Origin: an uncultured Bacteroidales bacterium
GTDB taxonomy: Bacteria > Bacteroidota > Bacteroidia > Bacteroidales > CAZJKL01
Direction: 5' to 3'
Length of the DNA stretch: 64,000 nucleotides
Assembly (NCBI GenBank): GCA_964546655.1
Contig: CAZJKL010000005.1
Span: 8,220 to 72,219 of the forward strand
Below the pieces are notes generated by a model. The model was not told where the DNA came from. It did no database searches and saw only the letters and a program-made list of their open reading frames with translations. The position numbers and the translations under genes were made by a program. This document shows, piece after piece, positions 1 through 7,117 of this stretch; position 1 is the first letter of the stretch; the number at the start of each line of letters is the position of its first letter.

Positions 1-49
1 ATATAAACAAATCTAAAAAAAATGAATTTAAAATCAAAAAAAAATAGAA

Positions 50-433
50 TTAATTTTTTATTTCTGTTTCAATTTTTAGTCCTGATAGCTCAGCTAAATC
101 ACTCCCAACATCTAACATATCTTCGTCTTCTGAGGTATAATACCATTTAACAAGAAATTTCACATTAGAATTATCGGTTTGTATTTGACTTAAAAGTTTA
201 AACATTCTAAGAATCATTTTTGTAGAAGCAGAATTAATGTAAGTTAATTGAAACTTTAACTCAAGTTCTCCATTATATTTAACAATATTTTCGGTTAACC
301 AATCTAAAATATTATTATAAAAATTAAAAGAATCCTCAGATCTTGACACTCCTTTGATTTCAAAAATATTATTATCTAAATCAATATTTACATTTGGATA
401 ATAACTGTCGCCTTTAAAAAAATATTTTGCCAT
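50..433 (-). CDS. SiaC-family (DUF1987) regulatory protein
   Basis: 127-aa ORF. The blocks IKGVSRSEDSFNFY..ILDWL, YINSASTK and WYYTSEDEDMLDVG match the DUF1987/SiaC partner-switch family. Lies 15 nt downstream of the OmpA-family gene on the same strand. Confidence 0.7.
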   Translation of the reverse strand: MAKYFFKGDSYYPNVNIDLDNNIFEIKGVSRSEDSFNFYNNILDWLTENIVKYNGELELKFQLTYINSASTKMILRMFKLLSQIQTDNSNVKFLVKWYYTSEDEDMLDVGSDLAELSGLKIETEIKN

Positions 434-448
434 AATAATTAATGTTTT

Positions 449-1879
449 TTATTTTTGATATACTTCAAAATCAACTCTACGATTTAAATTTTCATCTAAA
501 GATAAATATTCTGATGAGCCTTTTGCTTCAATGATAAACCTTGATTCATCAATTAAATACTTTTTAGATAAATGCTCTACAACAGCTTCGGCTCTTTTTC
601 TACTTAATTTAATGTTATAATCGTCATCACCCCTTCTGTCGGCATAACCAATAACCGATAATTTTAAATCTGGGTAACTTCTCATAATTTGTGCTATCGT
701 TGCCAATCTTTCAATATTTCTGAATGATCTAATTTTTATATCATTATAGTCGAAATAAACCGAAGGAAATGCACATGCTGAATTAGAAGTAATTCCGCCC
801 TCTCCTTTAAACATAAATGCACCAGATTGATGAATTGTTTTTCCTTGAAAATTTACTGTAATATATTCCGGTGTATTTTCTTCTGAATCTTTAGAATCAG
901 GAACACCATCTTTATCTGTATCTATTTCAACACCTGTTGAATCAACAAATGCTCCTTTATTTGAATAAATTTCATTATCTAAATAATCTGGAACTTTATC
1001 TCCATCAGTATCCAATGTTTTTCCTTGAAAATCAACAATTGCTCCTTCTGGTGTGTTTGGTTCTTTGTCGAAATAATCAACAACTCCATCATAATCGGTA
1101 TCTCTAGATAATAGCATTATTTGTTGTTTAAAAACATTGTTGTTCTTTGCTATTTCTTTATATGGACTAACCCAATCATACGAATCTTTTTTATTTCCTA
1201 TTTTATAGGTAATAGTTAAACTAGTATAACCATATTTATCTACTTTAGAGTTTGTTATAATTTTAGAATCTAATTTATCGGATTGCAAACTTCTGTTTGA
1301 TGTTTCTAAACCTAAGTCAATTTTATCAGATATTTTATATTTAAACCCTATTCCTACAGGAAAAACTACTTTATTTATTGAAGATATTTTATCTAAAGTT
1401 ATTGAATCGTATCCAAAAGTATTAACAACCACATCGTTTGAAACAGATTTTCTAATGCTTCTGAATGAAGTTAACCCTGCTCCTATATATGAGTAAATGT
1501 ATAATTTTCTTTCTTTAGTGTTTTTAGGGAAAACCAGGTTGCTTAAATTAAAATTTCCAACCAAACTAAATTCATTAAACGAGGCATTAAAATAATCTTT
1601 TAAATCGGTAGAACTTAATTTTCCTTTTAAATAATTAGCTTGTAAACCAAATACAAAATTTAAATTCTTTTTAACAGAAATACCGTAACCCAAATTAATA
1701 TATTTTGAATCATCGGGAATTAAGTCATAGCTTTGAATATCTCCATAAAAAATTAGCCCACCACCATGTAATGTTACCGAATATTGGTTTAATCCTTTGC
1801 TTTTTTGGGCATTAACTATATTATTTGATATTAAAATAAATACTGATATTACTAATAAAATTTTAATATAACTTCTCAT
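449..1879 (-). CDS. OmpA-family outer-membrane protein with thrombospondin type-3 (TSP3) repeats
   Basis: 476-aa ORF with a signal peptide and a beta-barrel-like N-terminal half. Carries DTDYDGVVD, DTDGDKVPD and DTDKDGVPD Ca-binding repeats. C-terminal OmpA peptidoglycan-binding domain (LSRKRAEAV, NRRVDFEV). Confidence 0.85.
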   Translation of the reverse strand: MRSYIKILLVISVFILISNNIVNAQKSKGLNQYSVTLHGGGLIFYGDIQSYDLIPDDSKYINLGYGISVKKNLNFVFGLQANYLKGKLSSTDLKDYFNASFNEFSLVGNFNLSNLVFPKNTKERKLYIYSYIGAGLTSFRSIRKSVSNDVVVNTFGYDSITLDKISSINKVVFPVGIGFKYKISDKIDLGLETSNRSLQSDKLDSKIITNSKVDKYGYTSLTITYKIGNKKDSYDWVSPYKEIAKNNNVFKQQIMLLSRDTDYDGVVDYFDKEPNTPEGAIVDFQGKTLDTDGDKVPDYLDNEIYSNKGAFVDSTGVEIDTDKDGVPDSKDSEENTPEYITVNFQGKTIHQSGAFMFKGEGGITSNSACAFPSVYFDYNDIKIRSFRNIERLATIAQIMRSYPDLKLSVIGYADRRGDDDYNIKLSRKRAEAVVEHLSKKYLIDESRFIIEAKGSSEYLSLDENLNRRVDFEVYQK

Positions 1880-1906
1880 GAATTTTTTGATTTTATATAA
1901 CTATAA

Positions 1907-1914
1907 CAAAAATA
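1907..1914 (-). promoter_or_regulatory. candidate Bacteroidota -7 box (TATTTTTG on minus strand)
   Basis: The plus strand reads CAAAAATA, matching TAnnTTTG on the minus strand, 28 nt upstream of the OmpA-family start. Confidence 0.35.
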
Positions 1915-2070
1915 AAAAAAATAATAGTTTTATAAAACATTAAAAGCTTTATTTACTTACAAATACTTTTTTTTCTCATTTTTTATTATTTGCATACTAA
2001 ATAAATACTGTGTATTTTATTCTTTTTATCATAGTTGATTTAAAATATTGTTTTATCATTTGATTTTTGT

Positions 2071-2078
2071 TAATTTTG
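2071..2078 (+). promoter_or_regulatory. candidate -7 box TAATTTTG
   Basis: TAnnTTTG match 38 nt upstream of the ATG at 2116. Confidence 0.35.
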
Positions 2079-2115
2079 TCAAGAACTATTAATATTTTAT
2101 TAATAATTTTAATTT

Positions 2116-2340
2116 ATGGCACACGTAATTTTAAATATCAAAGACAATAAACTTGCTTTCTTTTTTGAATTTATTAAAAACTTCAAATTCATTAAAATTG
2201 AGAAAACAATTTCTGAAAACGAACCCAACAAAGAATTAATTTTAAAAAATATAACTACTGGCTTAGAAGAAATGTGTCTATTCAAAAAAGGAAAATTAAA
2301 AACTACTTCTGCTAAAGATTTCGTAATTTATAATTCGTAA
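2116..2340 (+). CDS. hypothetical small protein (74 aa)
   Basis: ORF only, with its own -7 box. The architecture loosely recalls small Bacteroidota antitoxin-like proteins. The 3' end runs into a TTCGTAAT short-repeat tract, so the C-terminus may be altered. Confidence 0.3.
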   Translation: MAHVILNIKDNKLAFFFEFIKNFKFIKIEKTISENEPNKELILKNITTGLEEMCLFKKGKLKTTSAKDFVIYNS

Positions 2341-2350
2341 TTCGTAATTT
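2321..2350. repeat. short TTCGTAAT-unit repeat tract
   Basis: The tract tcgtaatttataattcgtaattcgtaattt has an inverted, related counterpart (attacgaatttttaattacgaattacg) at 20137-20163. Confidence 0.5.
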
Positions 2351-2394
2351 TTCAAAAAACTAAACATATTTTATGTAGCTATCATAATTATTAC

Positions 2395-2402
2395 TAATTT
2401 TG
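2395..2402 (+). promoter_or_regulatory. candidate -7 box TAATTTTG
   Basis: TAnnTTTG match 25 nt upstream of the ATG at 2427. Confidence 0.4.
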
Positions 2403-2426
2403 GTTGCATTTTTATATTAATACAAA

Positions 2427-2807
2427 ATGAAAAAGTTATTTAGTGTTTTAATAGTTTTAATTAGTCTTACAAGTTTTTCACAAGATGAAACTTTTAAACA
2501 AATTGAATTTGCTTTAAAAACAGGCAATGCTAAAGAATTGGTTAAATATTTTAATTCGTCAGTTGAGTTAACAATTGATAATGAAAGCAATTATTATAGT
2601 AAAGCTCAATCTGAAATGATTTTAAAAGATTTTTTCAATAAAAACATAACTAAATCATTTGAAATTGTGCATAAAGGAGATAAAGAAACTGCAAAATATT
2701 TAATCGGAAAACTCACAACAAGCGATAAAGCTTATAGGGTTTATATCTACCTTAAGAAAGATTCAAACAGATATATTATTCAAGAAATTTCGTTTACCAA
2801 TAATTAA
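2427..2807 (+). CDS. DUF4783 domain protein (secreted)
   Basis: 126-aa ORF with a signal peptide. IEFALKTGNAKELVKYF, SKAQSEMILKDFF and AKYLIGKLTT match my recollection of the DUF4783 pattern. Confidence 0.6.
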   Translation: MKKLFSVLIVLISLTSFSQDETFKQIEFALKTGNAKELVKYFNSSVELTIDNESNYYSKAQSEMILKDFFNKNITKSFEIVHKGDKETAKYLIGKLTTSDKAYRVYIYLKKDSNRYIIQEISFTNN

Positions 2808-2839
2808 AAAAGGAGCCTTTTTAAAGCTCCTTTTTTTTT
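2806..2839. terminator. bidirectional rho-independent terminator
   Basis: The stem aaaggagc/gctccttt is flanked by an A-run and a T9 run. It sits between the convergent genes 2427-2807 (+) and 2845-4095 (-). Confidence 0.7.
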
Positions 2840-2844
2840 ATTAG

Positions 2845-4095
2845 TTAATCTAATATACTGTGTATTATTAATCCACTTCTTAACTTTGGTTCAAACCAAG
2901 TTGTTTTTGGTGGCATTATATTGCCAGTATCAGAAATTCGAATTAACTGATCCATTGAAACAGGATAAAGAGCAAAAGCAACTTTCATCTCGCCTGAATC
3001 TACTCTTTTCTTTAATTCACCTAAACCACGAATTCCACCAACGAAATCAATTTTTTTAGACTTTCTTATGTCTTCAATTCCTAATATTTTATCTAAAATA
3101 TTATCAGTTAAAACAGTAACATCTAAACAACCAATTGGATCATTGTCATTATAAACTCCTTGTTTTGTAGTTAATTTATACCAATCACCATCTAAATACA
3201 TACTAAATGTATGAAGTTTTTCAGGACTATAAATGTTTGCACCTTTTTTCTCAACTAAAAACGGACATTCTAATTTTTTAATAAATTCTTCTTTAGTTAA
3301 TCCATTAAGGTCTTTAACAACTCTGTTATAATCAATAATTTTCAACTGATTATCTGGGAAGTTAACTGCAAGAAAATAATTATATTCTTCGGTGCCTTTA
3401 TGGTTCGGATTATTTTTCTTTCTTTCATTACCAACTAAAGCTGCAGCAGCTGTTCTGTGATGACCATCAGCAACATACAAACTTGGCGTTTCTCCAAATA
3501 ACTCAACTATACGGTTAATTTTATTTGTTTCGTTAATAATCCAAAAATGATGACCAAAACCTTCGTCAGCAACAAAATCATAAATAGGTGCATTGTTTTT
3601 AACTACTTCACTTACAATTGCATCAATTTCATTATTAGCTGGATAAGAAAAGAAAACAGGCTCATAATTAACATTACTTGTTCTTATGTGCTTCATTCTT
3701 TCTTCTTCTTTAGCAGGAAGTGTTTTTTCGTGTTTTTTAATTACATTATTCATATAATCTTCAACTGAACAACAGCCAACAATACCATATTGAGTTCTGC
3801 CTTCCATAGTTTGAGCATAAATGTATAAACATTCTTTTTCGTCTTGAATAAGAACTTTATCATTTACCATTTTAGAATAATTTTCGTATCCTTTTTCGTA
3901 AACTTCTGGAGCATATTGATCAACTGAATCATTTAAATCAATCTCTGGTTTTGTAACATGAAGAAAATGGTATGGGCTAAAATTAGCTTCTACTTTTGCT
4001 TCTTGTCTGTTTAACACATCATAAGGACGTGCAGCCACTTCTTTTGCTTTTTGTGGAATAGGTCTTATTCCTTTAAATGGTTTTAAAACTGCCAT
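2845..4095 (-). CDS. DUF1015 family protein
   Basis: 416-aa ORF with N-terminal MAVLKPFKGIRP, plus ARPYDV and the YVADGHHRTAAA motif typical of DUF1015. Lies immediately downstream of serA and serC. Confidence 0.8.
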   Translation of the reverse strand: MAVLKPFKGIRPIPQKAKEVAARPYDVLNRQEAKVEANFSPYHFLHVTKPEIDLNDSVDQYAPEVYEKGYENYSKMVNDKVLIQDEKECLYIYAQTMEGRTQYGIVGCCSVEDYMNNVIKKHEKTLPAKEEERMKHIRTSNVNYEPVFFSYPANNEIDAIVSEVVKNNAPIYDFVADEGFGHHFWIINETNKINRIVELFGETPSLYVADGHHRTAAAALVGNERKKNNPNHKGTEEYNYFLAVNFPDNQLKIIDYNRVVKDLNGLTKEEFIKKLECPFLVEKKGANIYSPEKLHTFSMYLDGDWYKLTTKQGVYNDNDPIGCLDVTVLTDNILDKILGIEDIRKSKKIDFVGGIRGLGELKKRVDSGEMKVAFALYPVSMDQLIRISDTGNIMPPKTTWFEPKLRSGLIIHSILD

Positions 4096-4109
4096 AATAT
4101 AAATTTTAA

Positions 4110-5033
4110 TTATTTATTAACTTGATATGTTTTATCGCCTTTTTCGATAAAATTTACTATTTGTTCAGCTGCTGCAATACCTGCATTAATGTTTGCTTCT
4201 TCGGTTTGAGCTCCCATTTTTTTAGGAGTAAAGAAACATCTGCTACCATATTCTGCTTCTAATTTTTCTTTACAAGCTGGTTCAATATCAGAAAGATAAT
4301 TAAAGTCTGAGCGACTTTCGAATATTTTCAATAGAGAATCTTCACAAATAACTTCTTTTCTAGCTGTATTTACTAATGTAGCTCCTTCTGGCATTAATGA
4401 TAATAATTTGTAATCAATAGTTTTTTTTGTTTTATCATTTGCCGGAATATGTAATGAAATATATTGACTTTTTGAATATAACTCTTCTACTGAATTTAAA
4501 GCAATTACACCATCTTTTTCAATATCTTTTGCATTTACAAAAGGATCATAAGCATAAACAGTCATATTAAAACCTTTAGCAATTCGAGCAACACATTTAC
4601 CAACAGCACCATAAGCATGAATACCAATAGTTTTATCTTTTAATTCAAACCCTGATTTACCATTGTATTTTCCTCTTGCAAGAAAAATCATCATTCCAAT
4701 AGCTAATTCAGCAACTGCATTAGAGTTTTGACCAGGAGTATTCATAGCAACAACACCTTTTTCGGTTGCAGCATTTAAATCAAGGTTATCATAACCTGCA
4801 CCTGCTCTAACAACTATTTTTAATTTTTCAGCTGCATCAATAACTTCTTTGTCAATAATATCACTTCTAACAATTATTGCATCTACATCAGCAACAGCTT
4901 CAATAAGTTCAGCTTTGCTTGTATATTTTTCTAATAATTTCAATTCATATTTTGCTTTATCAGCAACTTCTTTAATTTTAGAAACTGCAATTGGAGCAAA
5001 AGGTTTATCTGTTGCGATTAATATAGTTGGCAT
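4110..5033 (-). CDS. serA: D-3-phosphoglycerate dehydrogenase, short type III (Lys variant)
   Basis: 307-aa D-2-hydroxyacid dehydrogenase fold with no ACT domain. The catalytic-His position reads TPKKMGAQTEEA (Lys instead of His), as in type IIIK PGDH. Adjacent to serC. Confidence 0.8.
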   Translation of the reverse strand: MPTILIATDKPFAPIAVSKIKEVADKAKYELKLLEKYTSKAELIEAVADVDAIIVRSDIIDKEVIDAAEKLKIVVRAGAGYDNLDLNAATEKGVVAMNTPGQNSNAVAELAIGMMIFLARGKYNGKSGFELKDKTIGIHAYGAVGKCVARIAKGFNMTVYAYDPFVNAKDIEKDGVIALNSVEELYSKSQYISLHIPANDKTKKTIDYKLLSLMPEGATLVNTARKEVICEDSLLKIFESRSDFNYLSDIEPACKEKLEAEYGSRCFFTPKKMGAQTEEANINAGIAAAEQIVNFIEKGDKTYQVNK

Positions 5034-5045
5034 ATTTTTATATTT

Positions 5046-6116
5046 TTAAAGTTTGTTTTCATATTCTTTCATAGCTGTAACTAAAGCTTCAACGCTTGAT
5101 TTTGGTAAAGCATTATAAGTAGAAGCTCTGTAACCACCAACAGAACGGTGACCTTCTAATCCTAACATACCTTTAGATTTAGTATAAGCTAAGAAATCTG
5201 CTTCTTTATCTTTATATTCTGGTTTCATAACCCAACAAATATTCATTAAAGAACGATCTTCTAAATCTTTAATATTAGCTTCGAAAATTCGGCTATTATC
5301 AATTGCATTATACAATAAACCTGCTTTTTCGATATTCATTTTTTCAATAGCTTTTAAACCACCTAAACCTTTTAACCATTTTAGTGTTTGTAATGCTGCA
5401 AAAATAGGAACTACTGGAGGTGTATTAAACATTGAACCATTTTCGATATGTGTTTTATAGTTAAGCATTGTAGGTATTTTTCTTTCAACTTTACCTAATG
5501 CATCTTCTTTAACAATAATGAAAGTTACACCTGCAGGTGCAAGATTTTTTTGTGCTCCACCATAAATTGCAGTATATTTAGACACATCAATAGGGCGGCT
5601 AAAGATGTCTGATGACATATCTGCAATTAAAGGAATTTTACAATCTAAATCTTTTTTAATTTCGGTTCCATAAATAGTATTATTTGTAGTTATATGGAAA
5701 TAGTCTGCATCAGCAGGAACTACATAGTTTTTAGGAATATAATTATAAAGAGTTTCTTTTGAAGATGCAACTTCGATTACTTCTCCAAACAATTTAGCTT
5801 CTTTTTGTGCTTTATCAGCCCAAGTACCTGTGTTAAGGTAAGCCGATTTTTTATTCATAAAGTTATAAGGAATCATGCTAAATTGTAAACTTGCTCCACC
5901 ACCAACAAATATTACTTTATAATTGCTAGGTATTTCTAATAATTCTGCTAATAATTTTGTAGCTTCATCCATAACAGATTCAAACTCTTTACTTCTGTGC
6001 GAAATTTCCATTAAAGAAAGTCCTGTTCCGTAAAAATCTTTTAAAGCTTCAATTGTATTATCTATTGTGCATTGTGGCAGAATTGATGGGCCTGCATAAA
6101 AATTATGTTTTTTCAT
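5046..6116 (-). CDS. serC: phosphoserine aminotransferase
   Basis: 356 aa with [10 protein letters not shown] at the N-terminus and the PLP-lysine block [12 protein letters not shown]. Confidence 0.92.
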   Translation of the reverse strand: MKKHNFYAGPSILPQCTIDNTIEALKDFYGTGLSLMEISHRSKEFESVMDEATKLLAELLEIPSNYKVIFVGGGASLQFSMIPYNFMNKKSAYLNTGTWADKAQKEAKLFGEVIEVASSKETLYNYIPKNYVVPADADYFHITTNNTIYGTEIKKDLDCKIPLIADMSSDIFSRPIDVSKYTAIYGGAQKNLAPAGVTFIIVKEDALGKVERKIPTMLNYKTHIENGSMFNTPPVVPIFAALQTLKWLKGLGGLKAIEKMNIEKAGLLYNAIDNSRIFEANIKDLEDRSLMNICWVMKPEYKDKEADFLAYTKSKGMLGLEGHRSVGGYRASTYNALPKSSVEALVTAMKEYENKL

Positions 6117-6160
6117 ATCTATGTTTTTTTTGGTTGTTTTTAATTAATGCTCCAAAATTG

Positions 6161-6168
6161 CAAAATTA
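6161..6168 (-). promoter_or_regulatory. candidate -7 box (TAATTTTG on minus strand)
   Basis: The plus strand reads CAAAATTA, 45 nt upstream of the serC start. Confidence 0.4.
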
Positions 6169-6360
6169 TTTTAGAATAAACAATAATTTTTCTACTGTTT
6201 TTTTTATTTTATGTTTTTTATACTAAATAAAAAATGATATTGTCAAAAAAAGTAAAATAAAAACAAAAATCGGTAGCTCTTCTCTTGTCTTTTAGTGCAG
6301 TAGCTTTTGTCACCTTGAGTTATAACGAAGGGTCTTCTACAAAAAAGGAGATGCTTCGTG

Positions 6361-6462
6361 CCTACCAATGACAAGTTTTTTAAGTGTTTGATTATCAGTT
6401 GTATTATGTTGTTATTTGTCTTCAAGCATTTTTTTAAATGTCGTGTCTCAGCAAGACAAAAA
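6361..6462. repeat. direct repeat copy A (~101 nt)
   Basis: Aligns by eye with 6586-6686 at 5 substitutions plus 1 T indel. Begins cctaccaatgacaagttttttaagtg. Confidence 0.85.
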
Positions 6463-6585
6463 AGTAAAGAGCAAAGTTCTTGTCACCCTGAGGTAACGAA
6501 GGGTCTTATATCTTCCTAAAGGAGATGCTTCACTGCCGTTCAGCATGACAAAAACCATTGCCTTGCTTGAAGCAAAAGCGAAGGG

Positions 6586-6686
6586 CCTACCAATGACAAG
6601 TTTTTTAAGTGTTTGATTATCAGTCGTATTATATTGTAATTTATCTTCAAGCATTTTTTAAATGTCATGTCTCAGCAAGACAAAAA
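6586..6686. repeat. direct repeat copy B (~101 nt)
   Basis: Second copy of 6361-6462, offset by 225 nt. Confidence 0.85.
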
Positions 6687-6736
6687 CCACAACACAAAAT
6701 TAAGACTGGTTGTTAAATAACTTAGTTCATATAAAC

Positions 6737-6781
6737 CAAGGCACGGATTACAAATCCGCGCTAGCCGAAGGTCGTGCCTTG
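6737..6781. repeat. 9-bp-stem hairpin element
   Basis: caaggcacg ... cgtgccttg encloses GGATTACAAATCCGCGC. A related half copy (caaggcacggaaaacatttccgcgcc) lies at 6914-6940. Confidence 0.6.
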
Positions 6782-7117
6782 ATAAAAAAAACTTTTTGCG
6801 TCCTTTGCACCTTTGCGTGATAAAAAAAGTATTAGCTCCGTAGGAGCGGTATTTTGGTAAAAACCAAAACATAAAAACAATACAAAGTGCCGTAGGTACG
6901 ATATTATGGTAAATCAAGGCACGGAAAACATTTCCGCGCCAGACTGAGATGCTTCACTCCGTTCAGCAGGACAAAAAACACAGCTATTAGTCATTCATAG
7001 CGTTAGCTCTTGTCACCATGAGTGATAACGAATGGTCTAATACAAAAAAAGAGATGCTTCGTTCCTCGGTATGACAAAAAGCAAAAAGCTCTCGTAACTC
7101 AGTGCAATAACCCTGTT

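Larger units (their letters stand above)
6309..7075. repeat. cluster of REP-like palindromic intergenic elements
   Basis: Units of the form GTCACCyTGAG..AACGAAGGGTC ... GAGATGCTTC..(T)CAGCATGAC occur at 6309-6372, 6482-6549 and 7012-7075, with a half unit at 6946-6972. Interspersed are GGCACGGAttACAaaTCCGCGC and CCGTAGG motifs. The region is G+C-richer than its surroundings and has no credible ORF. Confidence 0.8.

Noticed and set aside
3547-5049. Short antisense ORFs 3547-3768 and 4849-5049. Others of the same kind: 8815-9039, 12560-12793, 15693-15905, 17155-17355, 17746-18178, 18578-18820, 19406-19588, 20726-21244, 29886-30080, 35812-36408, 42155-42406, 45237-45458, 49665-49961, 51501-51695.
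   Set aside because: All lie inside or antisense to confidently identified genes. In AT-rich DNA, long stop-free antisense frames are expected.
6243-6917. Three track ORFs (6243-6425, 6448-6654, 6672-6917) in the serC-alaS gap.
   Set aside because: They are read-throughs of REP-like and hairpin repeats. Their peptides are the typical repeat-derived strings (for example ICNPC, PKYRSYGA, NIVPTAL). Copy A of the duplication has an early stop, and no promoter box or family similarity is present.
6300-7080. Possible CRISPR array, because of recurring ~25-30 nt motifs.
   Set aside because: The units are palindromic pairs with irregular spacing (173, 225 and ~460 nt). They differ from each other, and no cas genes are present in the window.
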